Shown here piece by piece: positions 1 to 10,375 of a DNA stretch of 64,000 nt; position 1 is the stretch's first letter, and each line of letters opens with the position of its first letter. Position numbers and translations under genes: made by a program. The stretch covers positions 6,481-70,480 of the forward strand of contig CAWJGJ010000002.1 of NCBI GenBank assembly GCA_963842395.1, written 5' to 3'. The stretch comes from an uncultured Acidimicrobiales bacterium (GTDB lineage Bacteria; Actinomycetota; Acidimicrobiia; Acidimicrobiales; VFJN01). The notes under the pieces were generated by a model. It was not told the origin of the DNA. It worked only from the letters and a program-made list of their open reading frames with translations, and did no database searches.

Positions 1-186
1 TGCGCGCCGTGGTACTACGACAGCACCGTCGGGTCGAACGTCTCCAACAACGTCGACCTCACCGTGGCGCCCGAGGACGGCAACATGGTCCAGGTCGAGG
101 ACTGCTTCAAGATCACGGACCTGCCCGGCAACCCGCTCGACGAGATCCGCGCGGCCGAGGAGGAGGACGGCCTGAACACCGGCTGA
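1..186 (+). CDS. 3' end of a CDS entering from upstream (partial); possibly the solute-binding component of the adjacent Liv-type ABC system
   Basis: Frame 1 is open from the window edge to TGA 184-186 (..FKITDLPGNPLDEIRAAEEEDGLNTG*) with coding-like GC3. The function is guessed only from its position upstream of livHMGF-like genes. Confidence 0.35.
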   Translation, partial: CAPWYYDSTVGSNVSNNVDLTVAPEDGNMVQVEDCFKITDLPGNPLDEIRAAEEEDGLNTG

Positions 187-252
187 GACGCCACCCACGA
201 CAGGGCAGAGACGTCGCGTCGACAAGGGAGACCAGGGTGCCGGGAGCTGCCC

Positions 253-1131
253 ATGCCTGACCTCAAGCCGTTCCTCGTGCTGGGCTTCGCGCTCGGCGGG
301 GTGTTCGCGATGTCGGGTGTGGGCCTCGTCGTCCTCTACCGGGCAACCGGCGTGCTGAACCTCGCCTACGGGGCCATCGGGGCCACGGGCGCCCTGATCA
401 CCTGGTCCCTGCTCGACGCGGGCTGGGCGCCGGACTGGGTCGCCTACCTGGCCTGCATCGCCTTCGGCGGGGCGGCGACCCTGGTCTACGGCGTGCTGTT
501 CGGCCCGCCGTTCTCGGCCCGCGACCCGCTGGTCAAGGCGACGGCGACGCTGGGGCTCCTGCTGATCCTGCTCGGCACGATGCAATGGGTGTGGGGCCGC
601 GACCCGCACGGGATCACCCTGCCGACGTCCCGCTGGAACTACGAGGTCTTCGACGCCCGGGTGAGCGGCACCCAGATCATCGGGGTGGTGTTCGCCATCG
701 TCGTGACGACCGGCACCGCCGTGTTCCTGCGGGTCACGAAGGTCGGGACGGCGATGCGGGCGCTGGCCGACGATCGCGAGATCACCGCCACGCTCGGCGT
801 GCCCGTGCGTCGGGTCGAGGCGGCGGCCTGGCTCGGCTCGGGGCTCGTGTGCGGCGGGGCGGGGCTGCTGCTGTCGAACCTGGTCGGGCTCGACATCGTC
901 GGTCTGACCTTCCTCGTGATCCCGGCCCTGGCCGCCGCGCTGATCGGCCAGCTCCATTCCCTGTGGGTGACGCTGGCCGCCGGCTTCCTCATCGGCATCG
1001 TGCAGTCGGGCCTGACCGCGTTCTCGGAGGTCGCGGAGTACCGCACGCTGACGCCGTTCGTGCTCGCGATCGTGGCTCTCCTCTGGTTCGCGACGAGGCG
1101 AGGGCAGACACCGGCGCGGTCGTCGCGGTGA
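253..1131 (+). CDS. livH: branched-chain amino acid ABC transporter permease (LivH-like)
   Basis: 292 aa polytopic membrane protein. N-terminus LVLGFALGGVFAMSGVGLVVLYRATGVLNLAYGAIG is typical of LivH. First gene of a four-gene coupled transporter operon. Confidence 0.85.
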   Translation: MPDLKPFLVLGFALGGVFAMSGVGLVVLYRATGVLNLAYGAIGATGALITWSLLDAGWAPDWVAYLACIAFGGAATLVYGVLFGPPFSARDPLVKATATLGLLLILLGTMQWVWGRDPHGITLPTSRWNYEVFDARVSGTQIIGVVFAIVVTTGTAVFLRVTKVGTAMRALADDREITATLGVPVRRVEAAAWLGSGLVCGGAGLLLSNLVGLDIVGLTFLVIPALAAALIGQLHSLWVTLAAGFLIGIVQSGLTAFSEVAEYRTLTPFVLAIVALLWFATRRGQTPARSSR

Positions 1132-2270
1132 GCGAGCACGAGGTGCGGGCGAGCCATGACGAGCGCGCGCGGCTCGCCGCGACGCCGCGCTCGAGCACGC
1201 TCACGGGCGAGGAGGCGGTCTCGCCCGACGCGATCCGCGGGCTCCGACCGCGGCGCGATCCGGTGCGACTGCTCGTCGGCTCGGCGGCGCTCGCCTTCGT
1301 CGCGTTCGGGCTGCCGGGGATGCTCGACCGGTTCTGGCTGCAGATCGTGACCTCGGTCGTGATCTACAGCATCGTGACCCTGGGCCTCGGACTGCTGATC
1401 GGGCGGGCCGGCATGGTGTCGCTCTGCCAGTTCCTGCTGCTGGCCATCGGCGCCTGGGTCGCGTTGCGGCTCGACTACGCCACCTCCCTGCCGTTCCCCC
1501 TTCTCGTCCTGAGCGCCGGCGTCGTCACCGGGGTGGTTGGCGCGCTGATCGGGCTTCCGGCGCTCCGGCTCTCGGGCCTGTACCTGGCGCTGATCACGCT
1601 GATGGCGGCGGGCGCCATCACGGTCGTGCTGCGGATCGCCCAGTTCCCCAACGGTGGCGGTGGCTTCTTCGGCAACTCGGCGGCCGGCGGCGCGTCGTCA
1701 CGCCTGCCCCGGCCGGCGATCGCCACCGGAGACACCGCGTACTTCCGCTACTGCGTCGCCGGGGCCGCGCTCATGTTCCTGGTGGCGCTGTGGCACGTCC
1801 GGGGCAAACCCGGACGGGCCTGGGCCGCTCTGCGCCAGAGCCAGGCGACCGCGGTCGCCGCCGGCGTCAACGTCACGCTCTACCGGCTGTGGGCGTTCGC
1901 GCTGGCGTCGTTCATGGCGGGCGTGGCCGGCGGCCTGCTCGCTGCGGCCAGCGGAGGCGTCAACATCAACCAGTTCCCGGTCCAGAACTCGATCCTGCTG
2001 TTGGCGGTGGTGCTGATGGGTGGCGTCTACAGCCTCGGGGGCGCCGTCGTCGCCGCCCTGCTGCTGCGGCTCCTCCCCGCGCTGCTGGACGACTGGGGGG
2101 TCTCGACCGAGCTGCTCACCATCCTGTTCGGCGTCGGCATCCTGCAGGTGCTGCTCACCGCACCCGGCGGCCTCGTCGACCAGGTGCCGAAGGATCTCGC
2201 CAACCTCGGTCGCGGGCTGCGCAGGCTGCTCGGGCCCCGGCGGGCCGGCGACGAGGCACCACCGTCATGA
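1128..2270 (+). CDS. livM: branched-chain amino acid ABC transporter permease (LivM-like)
   Basis: GTG at 1128 overlaps the livH stop (GTGA). The hydrophobic body (..VVIYSIVTLGLGLLIGRAGMVSLCQF..) is LivM-like. The upstream part of track ORF 585..2270 is Arg-rich off-frame sequence. Confidence 0.8.
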   Translation: MSEHEVRASHDERARLAATPRSSTLTGEEAVSPDAIRGLRPRRDPVRLLVGSAALAFVAFGLPGMLDRFWLQIVTSVVIYSIVTLGLGLLIGRAGMVSLCQFLLLAIGAWVALRLDYATSLPFPLLVLSAGVVTGVVGALIGLPALRLSGLYLALITLMAAGAITVVLRIAQFPNGGGGFFGNSAAGGASSRLPRPAIATGDTAYFRYCVAGAALMFLVALWHVRGKPGRAWAALRQSQATAVAAGVNVTLYRLWAFALASFMAGVAGGLLAAASGGVNINQFPVQNSILLLAVVLMGGVYSLGGAVVAALLLRLLPALLDDWGVSTELLTILFGVGILQVLLTAPGGLVDQVPKDLANLGRGLRRLLGPRRAGDEAPPS

Positions 2271-2979
2271 TCGAGGTCGACGGCCTGACCGTCCGGTTCG
2301 GCGGCGTCGTGCCGATCGACGACATGACGCTGACGATGTCCGGAGGGACGTGCGGCCTGATCGGCCCCAACGGCGCCGGCAAGACCACGTTCTTCAACGT
2401 GCTCAGCGGCTTCGTCAAGCCGGTCGCCGGTGCGGTGCACGCGTTCGGCGACGACCTGCTGGCCCTCGCCGACTACCGGAGGGCCCGCTGGGGGCTCCGC
2501 CGGACCTTCCAGACCGAGCAGGCGATCGCCGATCTCTCGGTGTTCGACAACGTGCTGCTGGTGCGCGAGAACACGGCAGGCGGGCGGGCGACGCAGCGCC
2601 GGGACGTGACGGACGCCGTGGCCTTCGTCGGGCTCGAGCCCGAGGCGAACCTGCTGGTCCGCACGCTCGGCGCCGCCCAACGCCGGCTCGTCGAGGTGGC
2701 GCGGGCCGTCGTCGGCAGCCCGCGCCTGGTGCTGCTGGACGAGCCGGCCGCCGGCCTCCCCGACGACGAGACCGAGCATCTGGGCCAGCTGATCCGGCGC
2801 ATCCCCGAGGAGTTCGAGGCGTTGGTGGTCCTCGTCGATCACGACATGAGCCTGGTGTCGGCGTGCTGCACGACCACCGCCGTGCTCGACTTCGGCAAGC
2901 TGATCGCCTCGGGCACCACCGCCGACGTCCTGCGCGACGAGCATGTCATCCGCGCCTACCTCGGCACCGAGGAGGAGCT

Positions 2980-2983
<4 letters not shown>
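2267..2983 (+). CDS. livG: ABC transporter ATP-binding protein (LivG-like)
   Basis: ATG 2267 overlaps the livM stop (ATGA). Walker A is GLIGPNGAGKTT, with Walker B LVLLDEPAAGL. Confidence 0.85.
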
Positions 2984-3705
<722 letters not shown>

Positions 3706-3707
3706 CG

Positions 3708-4553
3708 GTGGACGATCTCACGGGCAGGGTCGCGGTGATCACCGGCGGGGCGTCGGGCATCGGCCTGGCCATGGCGCGACGCTTCGCCGGCGAGGGCATG
3801 AAGCTGGTGCTGGCGGACATCGAGCGACCGGTCCTGCAGCGGGCGGGCGAGGAGCTCAGCCGCACCGGCGCCGACGTGCTCACCGTGCCCACGGACGTCA
3901 GCCTCGAGGCCGACGTGGCGGCGCTCGCGGCGACGGCGCTCGAGCACTTCGGCGACGTGCACCTCGTCTGCAACAACGCCGGTGTCGGGAGCCGCGGCCT
4001 GCCGATCGCGGAGCTGCCGCTGGCGGACTTCGGTTGGGTCCTCGCCGTGAACCTCTTCGGCGTGATCCACGGCCTGCGGGCCTTCCTGCCCCACCTGCGG
4101 GCCAACGACGTCGGCCACATCGTCAACACGGCGTCGACGTCTGGGCTCTACCACCTCCCCCGGATGGGCCCGTACAACGCGTCGAAGGCGGCGGTCGTGG
4201 CGCTGAGCGAGACGCTGCGCTTCGAGCTCGCGGCCGAAGGCAGCCGGGTCGGCGTGTCCGTGCTCTGCCCGGGCCCGGTCCGGACGAACATCTCCACCGC
4301 CGACCGCAACCGCCCGGAGCGCTTCGCCTACGCCCTCGACACCGACCAGATGGCGCAGGTCGCGACCTACAAGGCCAGACGCAGGGAGCAGCGGGCCGTC
4401 GCCGCGGACCCGCCGGACATCGCGGACCAGGTGTGTGAGGCCGTCAGGACGAACCGCTTCTATGTCCTCACCCACCCTGCCAGCCTGGACGTCTTCGAGG
4501 CCCGGGCCCGACGCATCCTCGCCGGAGATGACCCGGTGGAGCCGCCGGAATGA
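3708..4553 (+). CDS. SDR family oxidoreductase
   Basis: N-terminal Rossmann motif VAVITGGASGIGLA, then NNAG, then YNASK (catalytic YxxxK). Confidence 0.85.
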   Translation: MDDLTGRVAVITGGASGIGLAMARRFAGEGMKLVLADIERPVLQRAGEELSRTGADVLTVPTDVSLEADVAALAATALEHFGDVHLVCNNAGVGSRGLPIAELPLADFGWVLAVNLFGVIHGLRAFLPHLRANDVGHIVNTASTSGLYHLPRMGPYNASKAAVVALSETLRFELAAEGSRVGVSVLCPGPVRTNISTADRNRPERFAYALDTDQMAQVATYKARRREQRAVAADPPDIADQVCEAVRTNRFYVLTHPASLDVFEARARRILAGDDPVEPPE

Positions 4554-4566
4554 AGGAGAGCGCACC

Positions 4567-5400
4567 ATGACCGGAGACGCACGCAGTGAGCTGCTGGCCG
4601 AGGTGCTGTCGCGTTACGAGGGCTCGCCGAACCCGCGCCTGCGCGAGATCACCGAGGCCGCCATCCGCCACCTGCACGCCTTCGCCGAGGAGGTCAACCT
4701 GCAGCGCGACGAGTGGTTCGCCGGCGTCGAGTTCCTGACGGCCACCGGCCAGCTCTGCGACGGCAACCGCCAGGAGTTCATCCTGCTGTCCGACACGCTG
4801 GGCCTGTCCAGCCTCGTGGAGATGCTGACGCACGACGGGGTCGAGGGAAGCACCGAGAACACCGTGCTCGGTCCCTTCTACGTGCCGGGCTCGCCGGCGC
4901 GCGCGAAGGGCGAGTCGATGCTCGTCGATCCCGACGACGGCGACCGGGTCGTGATCCGCGGCACCGTCCGGGACATCGACGGTCAGTCGATCGCGGGCGC
5001 CGTCCTGGACTGCTGGCAGAACGCGACGGCCGGCTTCTACGCCGTCCAGCAACCCGGCGAGCAGTCGACCGAGAACCTGCGGGGCGTCTACACCACCGAC
5101 GCCGACGGCAGCTACGAGATCCGCACCGTGCGACCCGTGCCGTACCCGATCCCGTCGGACGGACCCGCGGGCGATCTGCTCAAGGCCCACGGCCGGAACT
5201 GGATGCGCCCCGGTCACACGCACATGTGGGTCCGGGCCGACGGCTGCAAGGAGCTGATCACACACGTGTTCGACGCCCAGACCGAGCACCTGCGCGACGA
5301 CGCGGTGTTCGGCGTGCGGGACAGCCTGGTCCGGCGGTTCGAGCCCGACGACGCCGGCGAGCTGGCGACGACGTTCGACATCGTGCTCGACCGCGCATGA
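4567..5400 (+). CDS. intradiol ring-cleavage dioxygenase (hydroxyquinol/catechol 1,2-dioxygenase-like)
   Basis: 277 aa from ATG 4567. N-terminal helical linker (PNPRLREITEAAIRHLHAFAEEVNLQRDEWFAGVEFLTATGQLCDGNRQEFILLSDTLGLS) and the C-terminal beta-sandwich with HTHMW match this family from memory. Confidence 0.8.
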   Translation: MTGDARSELLAEVLSRYEGSPNPRLREITEAAIRHLHAFAEEVNLQRDEWFAGVEFLTATGQLCDGNRQEFILLSDTLGLSSLVEMLTHDGVEGSTENTVLGPFYVPGSPARAKGESMLVDPDDGDRVVIRGTVRDIDGQSIAGAVLDCWQNATAGFYAVQQPGEQSTENLRGVYTTDADGSYEIRTVRPVPYPIPSDGPAGDLLKAHGRNWMRPGHTHMWVRADGCKELITHVFDAQTEHLRDDAVFGVRDSLVRRFEPDDAGELATTFDIVLDRA

Positions 5401-5425
5401 GGCGTGGGCCTGCCACGGTCACGTC

Positions 5426-5899
5426 ATGGCGAAGCGACCCGTGAGCGCGACGGAGATCACCGACGACGGCCGCGAGCCGACGCTGCTGTACCTCGTCGGG
5501 CGCATCGACCGTGTCGTTCGCCGGGCGATGGGCGAGGTCCTCAAGGCGCACGGGTTGTCGGTCAACCAGTACGCGACCCTGAGCGTGCTCGACCGGCGCA
5601 GCGGTCTCTCGAACGCCCAGCTCGCCCGGCGAGCACTCGTGTCGCCCCAGTCGATGAACGAGGTGCTCCTCGCGCTGGAGCAGCGGGGGCTCGTGCGCCG
5701 TCGGGCGCACCCGGACCATGGCCGGATCCTCCAGGCACGCCTCACGGCCAGGGGCCGGGCCCTGCTGGCGCGCTGCGATGCGGAGGTGCACCAGGTGGAG
5801 GCGCGGATGGTGAGCGGACTGAGCGAAGACGAACAGGCAGCGCTGCGGGGCGCGCTGCTCAGCAGCATCCGCACGCTGCAGGGCGGCCTGCAGGGATAG
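5426..5899 (+). CDS. MarR family transcriptional regulator
   Basis: 157 aa with a winged-HTH core (LSVNQYATLSVLDRRSGLSNAQLARRALVSPQSMNEVLLALEQRGLVRR). Confidence 0.85.
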   Translation: MAKRPVSATEITDDGREPTLLYLVGRIDRVVRRAMGEVLKAHGLSVNQYATLSVLDRRSGLSNAQLARRALVSPQSMNEVLLALEQRGLVRRRAHPDHGRILQARLTARGRALLARCDAEVHQVEARMVSGLSEDEQAALRGALLSSIRTLQGGLQG

Positions 5900-5912
5900 G
5901 GAGGAACGACCC

Positions 5913-6506
5913 GTGGACCACCTTCTCCAAGTCCTGAGCGTCAAAGGGCGGGCGACGCCGGAGGCCCTGGGGGCGGCCGTCGACGCCGACGCGGCGGCCG
6001 CGCTCGCGCAACTCGTGGCGACAGGCCTCGCCGAGGACACGAGGCTCGGCTACCGGGTGACCGAGCTCGGCGCCGGCCGCGTCGACGAGCTCTACGCACG
6101 CGAGCGGGAGCTGGCGAGCCGGGTGATCGACGACGTGTACGAGTCGTTCGCGCTCGTCAACGACGAGGTGAAGCAGATCGTCACCGACTGGCAGCTGCGC
6201 CCGGTCGGCGGACAGCTCGTGCTCAACGACCACCGCGATCGCCGCCACGACCTGATGGTCGTGGCCAGGCTCCGCCGCGCCGATGCGACGGCGTCGGCGG
6301 CTTTGGTCCCTCTCACGACCGCCCTGCCGCGCTTCGAGGTCTACCCCCGCCGCCTCCGGCGCGCTGTCAGGCTGGTCGGCGACGGGGACCACTCGATGGT
6401 GGCGGCACCGGTCAAGGACAGCTACCACACCGTGTGGTTCGAGCTGCACGAGGAGCTGATCATCCTGTCCGGTCGCAATCGCGCCGACGACGAGGCAGCG
6501 GGCTAG
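5913..6506 (+). CDS. hypothetical protein
   Basis: 197 aa ORF 13 nt after marR with good GC3 bias. No motif recognised. Confidence 0.45.
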   Translation: MDHLLQVLSVKGRATPEALGAAVDADAAAALAQLVATGLAEDTRLGYRVTELGAGRVDELYARERELASRVIDDVYESFALVNDEVKQIVTDWQLRPVGGQLVLNDHRDRRHDLMVVARLRRADATASAALVPLTTALPRFEVYPRRLRRAVRLVGDGDHSMVAAPVKDSYHTVWFELHEELIILSGRNRADDEAAG

Positions 6507-6510
6507 CGAG

Positions 6511-6522
6511 CCCCCCCCCCCC
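6511..6522. repeat. C12 homopolymer tract
   Basis: Twelve consecutive C residues begin 4 nt after the TAG stop at 6504-6506. The tract is intergenic, upstream of the 6704 membrane-protein gene. Confidence 0.9.
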
Positions 6523-6703
6523 GGCGTATCAGGTCAGCATGGACGTCTACCTGGGCGTCGACCGGCGCGTCCACCACCGCCCGCCGGCTGTGTGACGAGG
6601 CCGTGACGAGGCCGTGACAACCGGGACGGGGGCTGTCCGCCCAGTAGTACCGTGCCCGCTAGTCGGACACTCGTCCGCAATGCAGGGGTCCAAGGGGGGA
6701 ATC

Positions 6704-7288
6704 ATGGCAACTCCGACAGTTGTCACGACGTCGACGGAGGAACGCAGCGCCGAGGTCGAGAAGGCCAGCATCGGCAGCGCGGCAACCTGGTGGTACGACT
6801 GGGTCGACGCCCGCCGGGTGGGCGCCGCCGTACTCGTCGGCGTGATCGCCACGCAGCTCGGCACCTACTTCGGCTACGTGTTCCCGGCCATCGGTCTGCC
6901 GACGCTGCCGTGGCCGGCGTACAACGGGCTGCTCGCCACGCCCGCCGAGGAGTTCGGCACGGCCGCGTCGTTCTTCCCCGGCCAGACGCTCCACTACGTC
7001 AACGGCATCGTCTTCGCCATCCTCTACGCCGTGCTGGCCCTACCGATGATGCGGTTCCGCAACACCCACGCCGGCAACGTGGCGAGCGGGCTGCTCTACA
7101 GCGTGGTGTTGACGGTCATCAGCCTCGGGGTGCTGGTGCCGTACGCCTACGTCCCCAAGCAGGGCTACGGGTTCTTCTCGTTCTACGGGCCCGACGGCTG
7201 GAAGCTCCCGGCGGCGGTGCTCCTCTGGCACCTGATCTACGGCTTCTTCCTCGGCACGCTCTACCAACTCCGCGGCAACCGGTCGTAA
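6704..7288 (+). CDS. hypothetical integral membrane protein
   Basis: ATG 6704 is preceded by AAGGGGGG. Several hydrophobic helices (VLVGVIATQLGTYFGYVF, IVFAILYAVLALPMM, LLYSVVLTVISLGVLV, LLWHLIYGFFLGTLY). No family recognised. Confidence 0.5.
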   Translation: MATPTVVTTSTEERSAEVEKASIGSAATWWYDWVDARRVGAAVLVGVIATQLGTYFGYVFPAIGLPTLPWPAYNGLLATPAEEFGTAASFFPGQTLHYVNGIVFAILYAVLALPMMRFRNTHAGNVASGLLYSVVLTVISLGVLVPYAYVPKQGYGFFSFYGPDGWKLPAAVLLWHLIYGFFLGTLYQLRGNRS

Positions 7289-7668
7289 CCGCAGACGGGT
7301 CACGCTCGTGTCCGGGTGGCCGCCGGCCCAGGCTCGGCCGGCCACCCGGACTCGCGCTCGGGGGATGCAGATGTCGCGGCTGGACGCTCAGCCGGGGCCA
7401 CAGCGTCGCCGTGCGTGGTCAGCCTCCTTGTGCCCGCTGGCTGAGCCAGTCGTCGTACCGGGTCGCCGAGAGCCGGGCGCCCTCGCCCGGCACGAGGGTG
7501 CGCTCGCTCAGGGAGGGTTCGCGGCGGGCGAGGGGGCCTGGCCCGCCAATGACCACCGGGGCCGAGCCAACCGAGCTCATCCACGCCCACCACGCTGCCG
7601 AGCCGGCCGACCGGCCCGGCAGCTGTGGGAGGATGGCTGATCCCGCATGCACGAGGCAGAGGCCGGGC

Positions 7669-8271
7669 ATGTCCGACGACCACGCGCTGATCAATGCTCA
7701 CGCCGGTGACGACCTGTCTCCACTCGCCGGATCGTGGGAGGTCGACCCGACTCATTCGGCGCTCGAGTTCGTCGCCCGCTATGCCGTGTTCACGCTCGTG
7801 CGCGGTCGCTTCACGTCGTTCTCCGGAACCGTCGTGCTCGATCCGCCGCACGTCGGGGCGACCCAGATCGATGTCGACATCGACGCCTCGTCGGTCGACA
7901 CGGCGATGGCGGTGCGCGACGACCACCTGCGCGGCGACGAGTTCTTCGACGTCGTGCGCCATCCCAAGATCTCCTTCCGGTCCCGGGGTGCGACGGTGCT
8001 GGCTGCGGGTCGCTACGCGGTGCACGGCGAGTTGACGATCCGGGGCATCACCCAACCGATCCGGCTCGATGTCGACCTGTTCGGCCGTGCGCCAGACGTG
8101 CTGGGCAACCCGCGGCTCGGCCTGAAGGCAACGGCCAAGGTGAAACGCGCGGTGTGGGACATCACGTGGAACGCGCCGGTCCCGGGAGGCGGTGTCGCCT
8201 TGGCCGAGGACGTCGACCTCGAGCTCGACGTGTCCCTGGTGCCAGCCACAACGCCGGGCCAGTCGTCGTGA
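7669..8271 (+). CDS. YceI family protein
   Basis: 200 aa from ATG 7669. WEVDPTHSALEFVARY..VRGRF..F.G and HGELTIRGITQPI are typical YceI-like lipid/polyisoprenoid-binding signatures. The upstream part of track ORF 6652..8271 is off-frame. Confidence 0.8.
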   Translation: MSDDHALINAHAGDDLSPLAGSWEVDPTHSALEFVARYAVFTLVRGRFTSFSGTVVLDPPHVGATQIDVDIDASSVDTAMAVRDDHLRGDEFFDVVRHPKISFRSRGATVLAAGRYAVHGELTIRGITQPIRLDVDLFGRAPDVLGNPRLGLKATAKVKRAVWDITWNAPVPGGGVALAEDVDLELDVSLVPATTPGQSS

Positions 8272-8414
8272 GGGCGATCCGATCGCCTCGACGCGCGCGG
8301 GCCGGTCGCTGAAGTCATGCGGGTCTTGTTCGAAGGGTTCGCCCATTGTGGAGGCCGGAGGCGGGCCACAGCTTGTGGCGAGCCGCTGTGCGGGAGGAGA
8401 AGCGCGTGGCGGTC

Positions 8415-9011
8415 GTGAGTCGTGGGTTCCATGGTCGTCGGCGTCAGCCAGGAGCCGGGCTCGTGCCGCCCGGTCAGTACCTCGAGGATGACTTCCCGGT
8501 GCTGAGCGCAGGGCCGACGCCCGACGTCGCCGTGAACGACTGGGATCTCACGGTCGTCGACGACTCCGGGGCCGCCCTCGCCCGGTGGGGATGGGAGGAG
8601 TTCCGGTCGCTGCCGGCCGAGGAGATCACCGTCGACATCCACTGCGTCACCAAGTGGTCCAAGCTCGGCACCCGCTGGCACGGCGTCTCGGTGGACACGA
8701 TCCTCGACGGCATCGACACCTCCGCGGAGTTCGTGGTCGCCTACAGCGACGGTGGGTACACGACGAACCTGCCGCTGGCGGATGTGCTCGGTGGGCAGGC
8801 GTGGGTGGCCCACCGCTTCGAGGGTGAGGACCTGGAGCCTGAGCACGGCGGCCCGGCCCGACTGCTCGTCCCGCACCTGTACTTCTGGAAGAGCGCAAAG
8901 TGGGTGCGGGGTCTGCGGCTCAGCGACGAGGACGAGCCCGGGTTCTGGGAGAGCGTCGGCTACCACAACTACGGCGATCCATGGCGTGAGCAGCGCTACT
9001 GGGGCGACTGA
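8415..9011 (+). CDS. sulfite oxidase-like molybdopterin-domain oxidoreductase
   Basis: SRGFHGRRR..LPPGQY..FPVLSAGPTP..W.L.V, then IHCVTKWSK and HGGPARLLVPHLYFWKSAKWV. Matches the short actinobacterial sulfite-oxidase-like family from memory. Start is GTG 8415 or 8406. Confidence 0.75.
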   Translation: MSRGFHGRRRQPGAGLVPPGQYLEDDFPVLSAGPTPDVAVNDWDLTVVDDSGAALARWGWEEFRSLPAEEITVDIHCVTKWSKLGTRWHGVSVDTILDGIDTSAEFVVAYSDGGYTTNLPLADVLGGQAWVAHRFEGEDLEPEHGGPARLLVPHLYFWKSAKWVRGLRLSDEDEPGFWESVGYHNYGDPWREQRYWGD

Positions 9012-9016
9012 CCGCG

Positions 9017-9736
9017 GTGCGCTGGCTGGTGGCCACCGTCGCCGAGACGGTCCCCGAGACCGCCCGGGCGGTGACCCTGCGGCTCGACGTCCCGGACTGG
9101 CCGGGCCACCGGGCGGGCCAGCACGTCGACGTACGGCTGACCGCCGAGGACGGCTACTCGGCGCAGCGGAGCTACTCGATCGCGTCCCCTCCTGGATCCG
9201 AGCGGCTGGAGCTCACGGTCGAGCGGATCGACGACGGCGAGGTGTCGCCCTATCTGACCACCGTGGCCGACGTGGGCGACCAGTTCGAGCTACGCGGGCC
9301 GATCGGCGGCTGGTTCGTCTGGGACGGCACCAACGCCGCCCCGGTGCTGCTCGTGGGCGGCGGATCCGGGGTCGTGCCGCTGCGGGCGATCCTGCGCCAC
9401 CATGCCGCCTCAGGCAGCAACGCGGCGATGCACCTGGTGCACTCGGCACGCACGCTCGGCGACGCCATCTACCGCCGCGAGCTAGAGATGCTGGCGGGCT
9501 CCCGGCGTGCGGTGACGCTGACCCTCACACGGGAGCAGCCGCCGGACTGGGCCGGGCACCGGGGCCGCGTCGACGCCCTCTTACTCGCCGAGGTCGGCTG
9601 GCCGCCGCCTGCGCAGCCGCAATGTTACGTGTGCGGGCCCACCGCGTTCGTGGAGGCGGTGGCCGACGCGCTGGTCGACTTGGGTCATGAGCCCGGACGA
9701 ATCAGGACCGAGCGGTTCGGACCGACAGGAGGTTGA
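9017..9736 (+). CDS. ferredoxin reductase-type FAD/NAD(P)-binding oxidoreductase
   Basis: 239 aa with the RSYSIAS FAD motif and the LLVGGGSGVVPLRA NAD(P) motif. Confidence 0.8.
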   Translation: MRWLVATVAETVPETARAVTLRLDVPDWPGHRAGQHVDVRLTAEDGYSAQRSYSIASPPGSERLELTVERIDDGEVSPYLTTVADVGDQFELRGPIGGWFVWDGTNAAPVLLVGGGSGVVPLRAILRHHAASGSNAAMHLVHSARTLGDAIYRRELEMLAGSRRAVTLTLTREQPPDWAGHRGRVDALLLAEVGWPPPAQPQCYVCGPTAFVEAVADALVDLGHEPGRIRTERFGPTGG

Positions 9737-9737
9737 C

Positions 9738-10010
9738 GTGGACACATCTCTGGACGGCAACGCGGCCGCCGGCGCACTCGGCGATCTGTTCGCCTTCGAC
9801 GTCACGATGGCCGTGACGACATGCGCCACCTGTGGCGACGGCCGGTTCGTCGCCGAGCTGCGCGCCTACCTGGACGCTCCGGGGATCGTGTTGCGCTGCG
9901 CATCCTGTGGTGCCGCGCAGATCCGCGTCGTGCGCGCCGGTGACCGTGCCTGGCTGGACCTGCGAGGGGTCCAGGCCCTCGAGATCCATGGCGCCACCAT
10001 CGCCGAGTGA
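9738..10010 (+). CDS. small Cys-containing protein, DUF6510-like
   Basis: GTG 9738 follows AGGAGG and lies directly after the 9736 stop. LDGNAAAG..F..D.T...C..C and C..CG motifs. It follows the oxidoreductase pair, as I recall for this family. Confidence 0.55.
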   Translation: MDTSLDGNAAAGALGDLFAFDVTMAVTTCATCGDGRFVAELRAYLDAPGIVLRCASCGAAQIRVVRAGDRAWLDLRGVQALEIHGATIAE

Positions 10011-10240
10011 ACCGGGCAGGAGCGATGCTGAACACTCTGCTGCCGACGTCCGGCCGCCGACCCACCCCACTTCACCATCCGGCGGCCGTCGCCGGGAGCG
10101 GACGCGGCTGAGACAGCTCGGTCACCGTGACTGGACAACGGCCGTGACGCGCCGTGAAGGAGATCTCGTCGGCACCTGGCGCATGTAACACAGTGGTGAA
10201 GGTGAGCCCGCTCCGTTTGGGCACGCAGCCCAGGGGAAGG

Positions 10241-10375
10241 ATGCCGATCGTGCAACGTGTTCTTCGTACTCCGACATTCTGGATCGCTATCGCAGTCGTG
10301 GCCGCTGTCGTGCTGATCTTGGTGCTGGCAGTTGGCGGCGGAGGTGGCAGCGGTGGGGGTGGTGTCGGCTACTGA
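10241..10375 (+). CDS. possible small single-pass membrane protein
   Basis: ATG 10241 after GGGGAAGG. 44 aa with one TM helix (FWIAIAVVAAVVLILVLAV) and a Gly-rich tail. No homology known to me. Confidence 0.3.
   Translation: MPIVQRVLRTPTFWIAIAVVAAVVLILVLAVGGGGGSGGGGVGY

Noticed and set aside
7289-7668. Overlapping ORFs on both strands between the membrane-protein gene and yceI, such as 7308..7640 + and 7419..7694 -.
   Set aside because: I recognise no motifs, and the composition is poor and off-frame-like. The C-terminal ..SATRYDDWLSQRA of the minus ORF could be a gene remnant, but I cannot support that.
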